From NCBI GenBank assembly GCA_003663445.1, contig QMZZ01000001.1, positions 1-29,562 of the forward strand: a stretch of 29,562 nt of DNA. Direction: 5' to 3'. Of the stretch, positions 15,277 to 23,848 are shown piece by piece. Origin of the DNA: Candidatus Aenigmatarchaeota archaeon. Its GTDB lineage: Archaea > Aenigmatarchaeota > Aenigmatarchaeia > QMZP01. How positions within the stretch are numbered: the stretch's first letter is position 1; every line of letters starts with the position of its first letter. Position numbers and translations under genes: made by a program. The notes beneath the pieces were generated by a model. The model had not been told where the DNA came from. It was given only the letters and a program-made list of their open reading frames with translations, and did no database searches.

Positions 15277-16116
15277 TCAGTATTCCTCCGCCAACATGAA
15301 TGTAACCAGATACTGTGTGTTTACCTTTGTCCCGAGCTGCTCCGAAAGCACTTCTGGAGAGCCGAAGTCGTCGAGCTTCGCGTAAACCTTCTTGGGCAGC
15401 TCCGGCATGGGAACCCTCAGGGTTCTCCCCTCGTCCTCGTACTTCCGCTCCTTGGCGTCAGGATCGAAGACTATGAAGTCGGTTTTCGGAGATATCTCCC
15501 TCATGGTTATCTCCCATATCTTTGCCTGCAGGTCTGGGTGTATTTCCGAGGCGAATCCCCGGGTGGAAAGCGGTATAAAGCTTACCTTTCCGGGGAAGGT
15601 AATCGGCTTGGGTGGGGCTTCCTCTTTCTTTTCCTGCTTTTCGTAAAATTCCGCCAGAGCCTCCCTTTCCCTTTTTATCTCTCTCGCAACATCTTTCGCA
15701 ATATAAAGCGTAAGGGAAAACAGGGGGCCCCCGAACCCGATTTCCTTTACTATCCAATAATAAACATAGCCTCCCCTCTGCAAACCGATAACGTCGCCAA
15801 CACTCATGGATGTGTGCGATCTTTCCTCCCAGAGCGGGATTCCCTCTACCACGGCCCTGTCCTGGAAAAGCCTGAATATGTCCTCTTTGTCCATTTCCTT
15901 CGGGAGCTCGCCCTCCCAGACGAGATCGTGGGTTCTCTCGAGATCGTGGATGTCCGTCGGCTTCAGCTTACCGGTGAGACCCTCCTGTGCATACATCTTT
16001 TCCCAGTACCAGACCTGAACATACCTTTTACCTTCCGCTTCGGTTTCCGGCTTCGGCTTTTCCCTTTCCTCGGGATACTGCATTTTCCTCAACAGGGAGT
16101 AAATGTTCACGGTCAT
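15277..16116 (-). CDS. YodL-like domain protein with second unknown domain
   Basis: LVWEGEL...EDIFRLF...RSHTSMSVGDVIGL...YYWIVKEIGF resembles the YodL consensus HSLSVSDVV...YYVDxxGF. Confidence 0.55.
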   Translation of the reverse strand: MTVNIYSLLRKMQYPEEREKPKPETEAEGKRYVQVWYWEKMYAQEGLTGKLKPTDIHDLERTHDLVWEGELPKEMDKEDIFRLFQDRAVVEGIPLWEERSHTSMSVGDVIGLQRGGYVYYWIVKEIGFGGPLFSLTLYIAKDVAREIKREREALAEFYEKQEKKEEAPPKPITFPGKVSFIPLSTRGFASEIHPDLQAKIWEITMREISPKTDFIVFDPDAKERKYEDEGRTLRVPMPELPKKVYAKLDDFGSPEVLSEQLGTKVNTQYLVTFMLAEEY

Positions 16117-16421
16117 CTTTTCAGCAACCTCCCGACAGCATATCCGAGCACTATCAGGAACGCCCCACCGAGCAGGTACATCAGCACCCTCTGGGCCTGG
16201 TTCGGCTCTACATAGCCGAGGGGGGTAAGCTCCGGATAGACATAATTTCCGTCTGGAGTGACATAAACATTCAGGTCGAGCTTTCCCCTATCGGAAACGG
16301 TTATCCTGTATTCATCTGGAACCGCTCCGCCAGTTATTTCGTTATACCTCTGCATAAGCTCGTTTAAGCTTTTTTCTGGAATATCTCCAACGTAGATGTT
16401 GTTCACGAATACCTGCGGCAT
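16113..16421 (-). CDS. C-terminally anchored membrane protein with PEGA-like start
   Basis: VFVNNIYVG; C-terminal TM followed by GRLLKR. Confidence 0.55.
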   Translation of the reverse strand: MPQVFVNNIYVGDIPEKSLNELMQRYNEITGGAVPDEYRITVSDRGKLDLNVYVTPDGNYVYPELTPLGYVEPNQAQRVLMYLLGGAFLIVLGYAVGRLLKR

Positions 16422-16745
16422 TTACCTCCTCCCCAAGGCGAACCCCAGGCCCAGAAGGCCCACCCCGAGCAGGACATCCAACAGCCCGACCCTCGGGATG
16501 GGAACGAGCTGGGGGTCAGCCCATATTTTCAGAGCAGGGAATATTCCGGGTGCGACCTCTCCCCACACATATATAACCGTATCCTCAAAACCGTCCTTCT
16601 TGATAACTATCTTATGCTTCTCCGGGGTGTCGAGCCCCTTCTCCCTGACCCTCTCGGCGAAGTCCGAAATGCTCTCGCCTACCTTTCCTATGTAGACACC
16701 GTCCCAGTAAACCTCGGCACCAAGGGAATTTACATCCCGAACCAT
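16422..16745 (-). CDS. PEGA-like domain protein with C-terminal TM
   Basis: VNSLGAEVYWDGVYIG...HKIVIKKDGFED; TM followed by GRR. Confidence 0.65.
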   Translation of the reverse strand: MVRDVNSLGAEVYWDGVYIGKVGESISDFAERVREKGLDTPEKHKIVIKKDGFEDTVIYVWGEVAPGIFPALKIWADPQLVPIPRVGLLDVLLGVGLLGLGFALGRR

Positions 16746-16767
16746 ATTTAAATTTCGCCTCCGATAT

Positions 16768-17553
16768 TTAAAACCTTATTTTGCCTATTTCCTCCCTGTA
16801 TTTCGTTAGGCTCTCGTCCACCGGGGGCATAATCCTCCTCTCTACCGTGTAAACGAAGGCAGTGGGGTCGTAAATAACCCTTCCAGCCTCCGACATCCTC
16901 CGCCACAGCGCGATCTCCTCCTCCCTAACCATCTGGAGAACACTTTTTTGGTTGATTCCCTCGTTGAACCCCCCTATTTTCAGGAATGCCTCCCTTCTCA
17001 GGGCCGAGTTCCTGCCTATCAGCCTCAGGTCAGCAGTGGTCCTTCCAACAACCGCGTGCCATATCTCCAGAATGTTCACGAAAAGTGGGGATGGGGGGCT
17101 GTAAACGAGGCTCGGCCCCGTGACCGCCGCAACCGAGGGATCGGAAAAGTGCCTGAGCAGGACATCGAGCCAGAACTCCGGGGCGATCACGTCGGCGTCC
17201 GTGGAGACTATAACCTCTGCATCTGTAATCCTCGACCCTATGTTTCTGGCCGTCAGCTTTCCTTTTGGAACCGTGAGAACCCTGTCGGCGTAGTTTCTGG
17301 CTATCTCAACCGTGAGGTCCTCGGAACCAGAATCGAGAACCACTATCTCCACCCTGTCCCTGTTTTCCCTGTAAACCCTCTGGTTTACCAGGCTTTCCAG
17401 ACTGGACTCTATCCAGGCCTCCTCGTTCAGGGTCGGGACCTGAATGCTTACCGTGAAGTTGGGATCGAAGGGCTCGGCCCTCTCGGAGCTGAAAATTAAG
17501 CACTTGAAGGCGTAGGTCAGAACCGGAACCGCGAGGGGGATGATCTCCATCAT
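16768..17553 (-). CDS. Glycosyltransferase family 2
   Basis: VSIQVPTLNEE, VVLDSGSEDLT, ARNIG, STDAD (DxD), FLKIGGFNE. Confidence 0.92.
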   Translation of the reverse strand: MMEIIPLAVPVLTYAFKCLIFSSERAEPFDPNFTVSIQVPTLNEEAWIESSLESLVNQRVYRENRDRVEIVVLDSGSEDLTVEIARNYADRVLTVPKGKLTARNIGSRITDAEVIVSTDADVIAPEFWLDVLLRHFSDPSVAAVTGPSLVYSPPSPLFVNILEIWHAVVGRTTADLRLIGRNSALRREAFLKIGGFNEGINQKSVLQMVREEEIALWRRMSEAGRVIYDPTAFVYTVERRIMPPVDESLTKYREEIGKIRF

Positions 17554-17672
17554 ATAAAGGCCGCCTCAACAACCATTTTTGACCCGCAGAACGGGCAGGT
17601 TTCGCAGGGCCTTATATACCTCGGTATCGAAAACCCGCAGTTCTCACACCTGAGCGTATCCCATTCGCCCAT
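17550..17672 (-). CDS. 40-aa zinc-ribbon protein
   Basis: MGEWDTLRCENCGFSIPRYIRPCETCPFCGSKMVVEAAFI; ATGA overlap with GT2. Confidence 0.65.
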   Translation of the reverse strand: MGEWDTLRCENCGFSIPRYIRPCETCPFCGSKMVVEAAFI

Positions 17673-17727
17673 GGCAAAAATATAAATAAAAATAAGAAAA
17701 GCGGGTTACCCTCTCAGCGGGCCACCC

Positions 17728-18087
17728 TTATATGAACTGAGCTGGAGCTGCTGGCTTGGGTGCAGGAGCTGCCGCGACCTTGACAACCGGAGCCGGTGCC
17801 CTTGCTACCCTTGCGGGCGGTGCCACCAAAGCCTCTTTTGCCATGTTGCCGATCTCCTCTACCAGCATGTAGGTTCCCATGGATGCCAGCGGAAGGCTGA
17901 ACTTCTCGAGGGACCTAACAAACAAGCTCCCTGCGAGAGAGGCAAAGCCGACACCGAGGTTGATCACTCTGCTCGCTGGAACCCCGGGAGAAACCTCTCC
18001 TGGAGCGTAGGTTCTGCTAAGCTCGTTTATTCCCTTGCCTATGGCTGCTCCGCCGATTACCTGAAGCACCTCTCTTGCCTCGACCAT
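17728..18087 (-). CDS. Membrane-associated virion protein with Pro/Ala-rich tail
   Basis: Hydrophobic helices followed by APPARVARAPAPVVKVAAAPAPKPAAP; strong RBS; T-rich run downstream. Confidence 0.55.
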   Translation of the reverse strand: MVEAREVLQVIGGAAIGKGINELSRTYAPGEVSPGVPASRVINLGVGFASLAGSLFVRSLEKFSLPLASMGTYMLVEEIGNMAKEALVAPPARVARAPAPVVKVAAAPAPKPAAPAQFI

Positions 18088-18099
18088 GGCTATCCCTCC

Positions 18100-18474
18100 T
18101 TACTTGAGCAATGACCTTAGTTCCTCTACTGTGTGTATTGTCCTTCTCTCTTTGCTTGGATATCTTTTTTTTGGTAGTCTCGATGGGGCACTGTAGCCTC
18201 TCATTTCCTCTCTGATGTAGTAGGCTATTATCGGCAGACCGTCTTTGAAGCCTTTCTCTCCCTTGTGTTTCGAAGCGATTTCGGCGAAGTGTATTCTTGT
18301 TTCAATTTGTCCCTTGTGTGGACTCACTACTGTGTATGGCTGGTTTCTCAAAACGACGAGCTTTTTCCTTGCCCAAGGCACTGGCTTGACTTTCTGGATA
18401 CCCACTGCTGACAAAGCTGCTCTGGGCAGCCCGACCGTAGACATGGTCAAGCTCTCAGGTCTTAACAGGGCCAT
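18100..18474 (-). CDS. Basic protein, candidate nucleoprotein A
   Basis: K/R-rich; PYTVVSPHKGQIETRIHFAEIASKHKG; own BRE/TATA and RBS GGAGGTG. Confidence 0.55.
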   Translation of the reverse strand: MALLRPESLTMSTVGLPRAALSAVGIQKVKPVPWARKKLVVLRNQPYTVVSPHKGQIETRIHFAEIASKHKGEKGFKDGLPIIAYYIREEMRGYSAPSRLPKKRYPSKERRTIHTVEELRSLLK

Positions 18475-18535
18475 TTTTTTACACCTCCTATTTTTTAATT
18501 AATCAGAACCCCTTTAAATATTTTTTCCTTAACCA

Positions 18536-18892
18536 CTATTTTGTGGCTAAAATTCCCCTTTTTCCCTTAAGTAACCTGAGCAACTTCGCAGCCTTTATTA
18601 TGGTCTCGAGCCTGATCCTCGCGGCTGTCTCGAGCCTTTCCTCCCAGATGGCCTTTTTCTTCCTTCTCCCGACGGGCTTCATTTCCCTTTCTATTAGCTT
18701 GGCTGCCGGGGGCAAATCCTCGGTCATTTTCATGCCTTTCGCCTTCTTGGCGATCTCGGCGAAAAGTATTCTGGCTTTAATCTGGTTCTCGGTTGGGGTA
18801 AAAGCCGTTCTCGGGACAGCCCTGATGTAAACTTTGGGCACAGGCTTTTCCCTTCTAACTATCTGAAGGTCGGTAAGAGATCGAATCCTCAT
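18536..18892 (-). CDS. Basic protein, candidate nucleoprotein B (paralog of 18100..18474)
   Basis: PRTAFTPTENQIKARILFAEIAKKAKG. Confidence 0.55.
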   Translation of the reverse strand: MRIRSLTDLQIVRREKPVPKVYIRAVPRTAFTPTENQIKARILFAEIAKKAKGMKMTEDLPPAAKLIEREMKPVGRRKKKAIWEERLETAARIRLETIIKAAKLLRLLKGKRGILATK

Positions 18893-19259
18893 ATCTTTTA
18901 ATTGGGCTCACACCTATAATAAACCCATCACAGTAGAGCCTCGCCAGGAGGGTTTTCGGGTATATTTCAGCTTTCAGGCCAACCTTGTAGAAAATATCAC
19001 CTTCGAGCACCAGCAAACCCTGGGCTATGTGATCCTTTATGTCGAAAAAGTTCGGCCTCTGGAAAACCGCCATCCACCCGTTTTTCATGACTATGACAGG
19101 AAAATTCACCTTCCGCATTTTCACGCCGTTGGGATTCCTGTAAATGTAATCCTGGCAGTCAGGACACCAAAAGGCTTCCAGGCCCTTGTAATCCCCAACC
19201 TTCGGTATAAACTTTCCGTGAACCGGGCACTTAATCCTTTTGGTCATTCCTTTTTTCAT
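18855..19259 (-). CDS. Zinc-ribbon-containing protein
   Basis: CPVH...CPDC; start re-called at MKKGMTK. Confidence 0.55.
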   Translation of the reverse strand: MKKGMTKRIKCPVHGKFIPKVGDYKGLEAFWCPDCQDYIYRNPNGVKMRKVNFPVIVMKNGWMAVFQRPNFFDIKDHIAQGLLVLEGDIFYKVGLKAEIYPKTLLARLYCDGFIIGVSPIKRYEDSISYRPSDS

Positions 19260-20161
19260 TCCCTTTCCTTTTCCTTCTCTATTTGTATTAGCTTTCTGAC
19301 AACCCTCTTTAACCAAGGCACATACTCAACAGGTATCCTTTTCCACTGGGCGAGTCTTTCTATCTTGTAAGGGATCTTCAAGTATTTCACTAAAGGCAAC
19401 AAACCATATTTTTTCAATCTTGTCTCATCAGAAACGAGGTACGACTCGACTGGCCCACCAAACAGCGAGGCGAGGGTTATCATTGTCTCGTCATCCAGAG
19501 TTTTAAATGGTTTTCCGGTTTCTGGGTCTATTTTTATCACTATTTTTGGTTCTCTCATCTGGACGGGCTTAAGTTCCTCTGGTATTTCGGCTATGGTTGG
19601 CGGTGCGGTGGGTGGCGGGGTTGGAGGTGCGGGGGGCCTGGCTCTCGCTTCCGCCAGGGCTTTCTCGAGCTCCTCTATCCTCTTCTCCGCAACGCTCAGG
19701 GCCTCCCTGAGAAGCCGTATTGTCAGCTTGTAATCTTCGCTCTTTCTTTTTGCCTCCTCCCTCGCCCTTTCGAGCTCCTTTTTGGTCTTCTCGAGCTCCC
19801 GCTTTACTTTGTTTAACTCTGCTGGTGTGACTTTGCTTTCCTTCAGCTTTTCAAGCTCCCTCTCCAGGGATGCAACCCTTTCCTTGTAGAATCTGAGCTC
19901 TTCAAACTCCGCTCCAGGGGGGTATTCCCCTGTGATTTCCTCTTTTATTCTGGTCAGGTTTTCGGCATAGCTTAAGGCTGGATCTATGATCGCCCTGAAA
20001 TCAACCGTTTTGTAGTCGATATAGTATTCATCGCATAGTCGCTTGAACTGGTCGAAAAGGGTTCTGAGCTCGAGAAAAGTCATTCCTGTCTTTATCCTTG
20101 CCCTTTTCCACTCGCTCCAGATCCGCTTCAGGAACTCCTCATCCTCTCTCGTGAGTGCCAT
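19256..20161 (-). CDS. Coiled-coil protein with Pro-rich hinge
   Basis: About 90-aa E/K/R heptad region, then RPPAPPTPPPTAPPT, then a globular C-terminus. Confidence 0.6.
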   Translation of the reverse strand: MALTREDEEFLKRIWSEWKRARIKTGMTFLELRTLFDQFKRLCDEYYIDYKTVDFRAIIDPALSYAENLTRIKEEITGEYPPGAEFEELRFYKERVASLERELEKLKESKVTPAELNKVKRELEKTKKELERAREEAKRKSEDYKLTIRLLREALSVAEKRIEELEKALAEARARPPAPPTPPPTAPPTIAEIPEELKPVQMREPKIVIKIDPETGKPFKTLDDETMITLASLFGGPVESYLVSDETRLKKYGLLPLVKYLKIPYKIERLAQWKRIPVEYVPWLKRVVRKLIQIEKEKERE

Positions 20162-20252
20162 ACCTAATTATGATTATGTTCCCCATCCTTTTTATTTCCA
20201 TTTCGGGTTTCCCCTTCCTGATCCAATCCCGATACAAATCCTCAAGAGTCAT
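20139..20252 (-). CDS. 37-aa hypothetical protein
   Basis: MTLEDLYRDWIRKGKPEMEIKRMGNIIIIRYGTHERG; ATGA overlap. Confidence 0.45.
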   Translation of the reverse strand: MTLEDLYRDWIRKGKPEMEIKRMGNIIIIRYGTHERG

Positions 20253-20386
20253 TCCAGTATAATGGTCTCCCCTGACTCGTACCGAAATCTGCAACCACAC
20301 TCCAAGCAGATTTTGTGCTTCCCGTGCTTTTCAGTTTCCACATCTATATATGTATTCGAGCCGTGACATCTCGGACAGAACACCAT
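20249..20386 (-). CDS. 45-aa zinc-ribbon protein
   Basis: MVFCPRCHGSNTYIDVETEKHGKHKICLECGCRFRYESGETIILE; RBS GGGGGTG. Confidence 0.65.
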   Translation of the reverse strand: MVFCPRCHGSNTYIDVETEKHGKHKICLECGCRFRYESGETIILE

Positions 20387-20390
20387 ACTT

Positions 20391-20642
20391 TCACCCCCCT
20401 GTTGTTTGATCATAAAGCGGTTTCTCTACTGCAAAGTTGTAATTCAGGTTGTAATAAAAATGACGGATAAACTCGAGGATCTCGTACAGTCCCTTCAATT
20501 CGAGGTTTTCTGGCAAAACATCACCACCGTACTCCCAAACCACTACAGTAGTCCCAAACCTCTCCAGCTCTATTCTGTGGTTTCCCTTGATCAGCCATGC
20601 TTTCTTGAAGTTCAAATCTATTGTCGGTTTGTCTCCTTTCAT
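20391..20642 (-). CDS. Hypothetical protein
   Basis: RBS GGAGGTG; operonic spacing. Confidence 0.6.
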   Translation of the reverse strand: MKGDKPTIDLNFKKAWLIKGNHRIELERFGTTVVVWEYGGDVLPENLELKGLYEILEFIRHFYYNLNYNFAVEKPLYDQTTGG

Positions 20643-20662
20643 TTTTCACCTCCTTTACCCGC

Positions 20663-20920
20663 CTATTCCTCTACCTCCAGCCATCCAAACCCCCTGCTCA
20701 CCCTCACGAATACTTCCTCTGCATACAATAGCCCATATGTTGTCTCGGTTATGCCAGAAATCCCGACTGACACAATCGAATCCTCGAGATCCAAATTGAT
20801 TCCCCTCTTTTCCAGCACCTTTTTTGCTATCTCCTTTGCCTTCTCCTCGAGCTCCTGGAATGTCTTCCCTGTCAGGGAAAATTTCATTTCGACCTCGACC
20901 ATTCCTTTTATTCTGACCAT
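20663..20920 (-). CDS. Hypothetical protein
   Basis: RBS GGAGGTGA. Confidence 0.6.
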   Translation of the reverse strand: MVRIKGMVEVEMKFSLTGKTFQELEEKAKEIAKKVLEKRGINLDLEDSIVSVGISGITETTYGLLYAEEVFVRVSRGFGWLEVEE

Positions 20921-20981
20921 CTGATCACCTCCTTTTTTCTGATGGGAAGGTTGGGAGCGACCCCAGAACCTTCCTAATCTT

Positions 20982-21164
20982 TTACCACTCGGTTTCTTGC
21001 ATTTCTCCAGTTTTTATTTTTCTATTACAAAATTCCCTGAGCGACTCTGCAGAGGGGAAAGGTATCTCAAGAAATTGCCCTACTGGTTCACTCATACTTT
21101 TCAGTTTCCATGTTCCCCCCTCTCTTATTCTTATCCACACTTTTCCTTTCCAAAGCACAGGCAT
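20982..21164 (-). CDS. Hypothetical protein
   Basis: RBS GGAGGTGA. Confidence 0.6.
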   Translation of the reverse strand: MPVLWKGKVWIRIREGGTWKLKSMSEPVGQFLEIPFPSAESLREFCNRKIKTGEMQETEW

Positions 21165-21170
21165 ACATGA

Positions 21171-21455
21171 TCACCTCCTTTTTTCTACCTTTTTTATTTT
21201 TAGTTTTGATGATTTTCTAAATCTAACAGGAAAAAAAGTTTTAACTATTTGCTCATCTCCACATTTTTCACACTTTACTCTATACACATATGCTTTACTT
21301 AAAAATTTTCTAAATCTTTTTTCAATTTCCACATAAATCAAAAAATAATCACCGCCACATTTCCAACATTTTTGATTTTTTATGATATAATTATCCAAAC
21401 AAAAACTACTGCAAAAATCAAATTCACATTCTTTCCCACAATATTTACATCTCAT
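21171..21455 (-). CDS. Cys-rich zinc-finger protein (AT-rich gene)
   Basis: CKYC, CSSFC, CWKC, CEKC; first gene after a BRE-TATA promoter. Confidence 0.65.
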   Translation of the reverse strand: MRCKYCGKECEFDFCSSFCLDNYIIKNQKCWKCGGDYFLIYVEIEKRFRKFLSKAYVYRVKCEKCGDEQIVKTFFPVRFRKSSKLKIKKVEKRR

Positions 21456-21498
21456 ATTAATAATATTGATAGATAGTATTTAAATACTTTTCGGTTTT

Positions 21499-21769
21499 GG
21501 TTTCCTTTCTCGGTTTCCTTTCTTGGTTTACTTTTTGGTTTCCTTGTATAGTTACATTAAAAACTCAACCTACTTTATAAGGTATAAATATATAATAAGG
21601 GGGTACAAGGCAGCAAGGAAACCAGGAAACCAAGTAAACCAAGGAAACCGAAAAAAACCGAAAGCCGTCTCACTCTCGGTTTACTTCTTGGTTTCCTTGC
21701 GGTTTCCTTGTGGTTTACTTTTTGGTTTCCATCCCCAAGGAAACCGAGCTGCAAGGAAACCAGGAAACC
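21499..21769. repeat. Four alternating-orientation arrays of the GGTTT(C/A)C heptamer (16 copies)
   Basis: Forward at 21499, 21512, 21525, 21537; reverse at 21617, 21625, 21634, 21643; forward at 21678, 21690, 21701, 21712, 21724; reverse at 21739, 21755, 21763. Confidence 0.9.
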
Positions 21770-21770
21770 A

Positions 21771-21794
21771 ACCGAAAAGTTTAAATATTAGTTA
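21771..21794 (+). promoter_or_regulatory. BRE+TATA early promoter
   Basis: accgaaaagtttaaatattagtta; 23/24 identical to the minus-strand promoter at 29412-29435. Confidence 0.8.
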
Positions 21795-21824
21795 ACAACA
21801 TTATTTAATATAGGAGGTGGTAAC

Positions 21825-21923
21825 ATGAGAGAAAAGTGGATCAGGTTTGATCAGAAGGGCCGAATATTAGACATAAAGGGTGTTTGGACATTCGAGGAGC
21901 TTAGGAAAGTGCTCACGAAATAA
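21825..21923 (+). CDS. 32-aa microprotein
   Basis: MREKWIRFDQKGRILDIKGVWTFEELRKVLTK; RBS GGAGGTGG. Confidence 0.6.
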   Translation: MREKWIRFDQKGRILDIKGVWTFEELRKVLTK

Positions 21924-21938
21924 AGGAGGTGGTGAGGC

Positions 21939-22700
21939 ATGAAGAGTGTAATAGCTTTTAAAACACAAGAAACAAAAAAAGTTTGCGGCGATATGGATCT
22001 GGAACGGTTTGACTTTGAAGAAGAGAATTATATCATAAATACAACTGTAGATTTCAGAGACATTCTGTTTGAATTTAAAGTGAACACAAAAACAAGAAAG
22101 CATGTACTTGTTGAAGAAGACAGTGTTTTCAACGAACTTTTTGAGTTTTTTGAAAAAAACAAAGATAAAAAAATTATTCTTGAATCAGCGATATGTGACT
22201 ATAGCTACTTAGACATAAGAACATCTGAACAATCTTTTAGTTTGCAAGCTGTTAAGTATAAAATACAAAGCTTTGAAAAATATATTGCAGCAATTTACTT
22301 TTTGAATCGTCACAGAAAAAAATATAATATCGAAATTAGAGTCGAGCCTGGCGATATAAAGCTAAAGCTCAACAACGAAGAAATAATTGAACACACTAAC
22401 TTTATCGAATACAGAGACTATGTCTTTGTAGATTATAAAGATTTCTCAATATATCATTTAATTGCTTTAGAGAGTGCTATAGAATATGCTCTTGAAAAAA
22501 ACAAAAAGCTGATAGTGCTTGCAAAAAGCGATTTCGGACAGCCCTGTAAATGGTGCTATGAACTGAGAATTGTGCAGTTATCAAGACGAAAACTACTCAG
22601 TATACTTAAAGCAATAAAACAGCTTGACCGAAAACTTGAAAATAGTAGAAAGAGTTCGAGAGATGGAGGGATGCGAAGAAATGGCTGGAGGAAAGGATAG
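21939..22700 (+). CDS. Hypothetical protein (AT-rich gene)
   Basis: 253 aa, RBS GGAGGTGGTGAGG; no motif recognised. Confidence 0.65.
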   Translation: MKSVIAFKTQETKKVCGDMDLERFDFEEENYIINTTVDFRDILFEFKVNTKTRKHVLVEEDSVFNELFEFFEKNKDKKIILESAICDYSYLDIRTSEQSFSLQAVKYKIQSFEKYIAAIYFLNRHRKKYNIEIRVEPGDIKLKLNNEEIIEHTNFIEYRDYVFVDYKDFSIYHLIALESAIEYALEKNKKLIVLAKSDFGQPCKWCYELRIVQLSRRKLLSILKAIKQLDRKLENSRKSSRDGGMRRNGWRKG

Positions 22701-23088
22701 CGGAACGGCTGAAGGACTGAAAACCATTGTTTTCGGGAAAGCTTTCTCACTATTGAGAGACAAAAAGGTCAGGTTGGTTGCGGATACGAAAAGGGCCTGG
22801 CATTTCGAGGTCGAGGGCACCAGGGAAACCCACGATGTCATGATCAGACAGGACGGCGGGATAAAGCTGATATGCACTTGCGAGTTCTCGAGCATAAAAC
22901 CAGAAATGCTATGCTCCCACAAGGTCGCCTGCTTGATGTATATTTTCCAAAACTACTGTTCAGGAGTGAAAATCAGGGATGACATCCTGTCGGGCCTTGA
23001 ATACTACAAGGATCCAGGGGAAAGCTGGGAAACATTCGTAAACTCGGTTCTGGAGGAGTGGTTGATAGAGAAAAAAACAAAAAAATAA
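22681..23088 (+). CDS. SWIM zinc-finger protein
   Basis: LICTCEFSSIKPEMLCSHKVAC (CxC...CxH); start re-called at MAGGKD. Confidence 0.75.
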   Translation: MAGGKDSGTAEGLKTIVFGKAFSLLRDKKVRLVADTKRAWHFEVEGTRETHDVMIRQDGGIKLICTCEFSSIKPEMLCSHKVACLMYIFQNYCSGVKIRDDILSGLEYYKDPGESWETFVNSVLEEWLIEKKTKK

Positions 23089-23204
23089 AAAAAGAAAAAA
23101 GAAAAAAATAAAAAGGTTTCCTTGGTTTCCTTCTCGGTTTCCTTGGTTTACTTTTTTGGTTTCCTTTTGGTTTCCTTGGGGTTAAATTTATAAGGAAGGA
23201 AACC
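23071..23204. repeat. A-tract followed by a second GGTTT(C/A)C array (7 copies)
   Basis: A-rich 23071-23114; forward copies at 23115, 23124, 23136, 23145, 23158, 23169; reverse copy at 23198, downstream of TTTATAA. Confidence 0.85.
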
Positions 23205-23215
23205 AAAATAGATAT

Positions 23216-23848
23216 ATGCCCAGATTGAGCACGGAAACCATCAAGGAAATTAGGGATGCTCTTTCTCGGGGGGAGAAGTGGTCTGAAATCATGAAGAATT
23301 TTGGGATTTCAAAAAAAACCGTTTCCAGAATAGCGAAGCTCACGGATCAGGAGATCGAGGAGCTCGAGAAGAAGGAGCTGAAAAGCAAAACCGAAGAAAA
23401 GATCAGGGTAAGCAGGTATCCCGTACCATCTGGTCAGGTTGCGGTCAGGCGGGAGCTCGAGGATGAAATCGTGAAAAGGAGCACATCCGACATAGTTCAG
23501 GCCCTGGACATAGGGTATTGGTGCCTGAAAACCAGAATAAAGGACATAGCCGAGACCCTGGGGATGACCCCAAAAAAGCTGATCACCAGATCGGTAGGTT
23601 TTTACGTTTTCAGGAGAAAGGAATACCAGAAACTGGTTGAAAAATACGAGGGGTTAAAGGTTTTGGTAAAAAGGTTGCTTTTGTTACTCGCCCCTGAAAT
23701 CCAGAGGAGGCTGAAAATACGGATGCTTCTCCTGGCCATGTCTGTATATCTCAGGCACGGGGTCAAGCCCCCAGAGGAGCTGGTAAATGCGTTCAAGGAC
23801 GAGGTTATGGGTAACAAAAAGAAGGAGGAGGTGGTTGTGAATGGCTGA
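23216..23848 (+). CDS. N-terminal HTH DNA-binding protein with helical C-terminus
   Basis: IRDALSRGEKWSEIMKNFGISKKTVSRIAK is a classical HTH. Confidence 0.7.
   Translation: MPRLSTETIKEIRDALSRGEKWSEIMKNFGISKKTVSRIAKLTDQEIEELEKKELKSKTEEKIRVSRYPVPSGQVAVRRELEDEIVKRSTSDIVQALDIGYWCLKTRIKDIAETLGMTPKKLITRSVGFYVFRRKEYQKLVEKYEGLKVLVKRLLLLLAPEIQRRLKIRMLLLAMSVYLRHGVKPPEELVNAFKDEVMGNKKKEEVVVNG

Noticed and set aside
21499-21769. CRISPR or mini-CRISPR array
   Set aside because: The repeat unit is only 7 bp, with 1-9-nt gaps inside blocks and alternating orientation. There are no 25-45-nt repeats with unique spacers and no cas genes.
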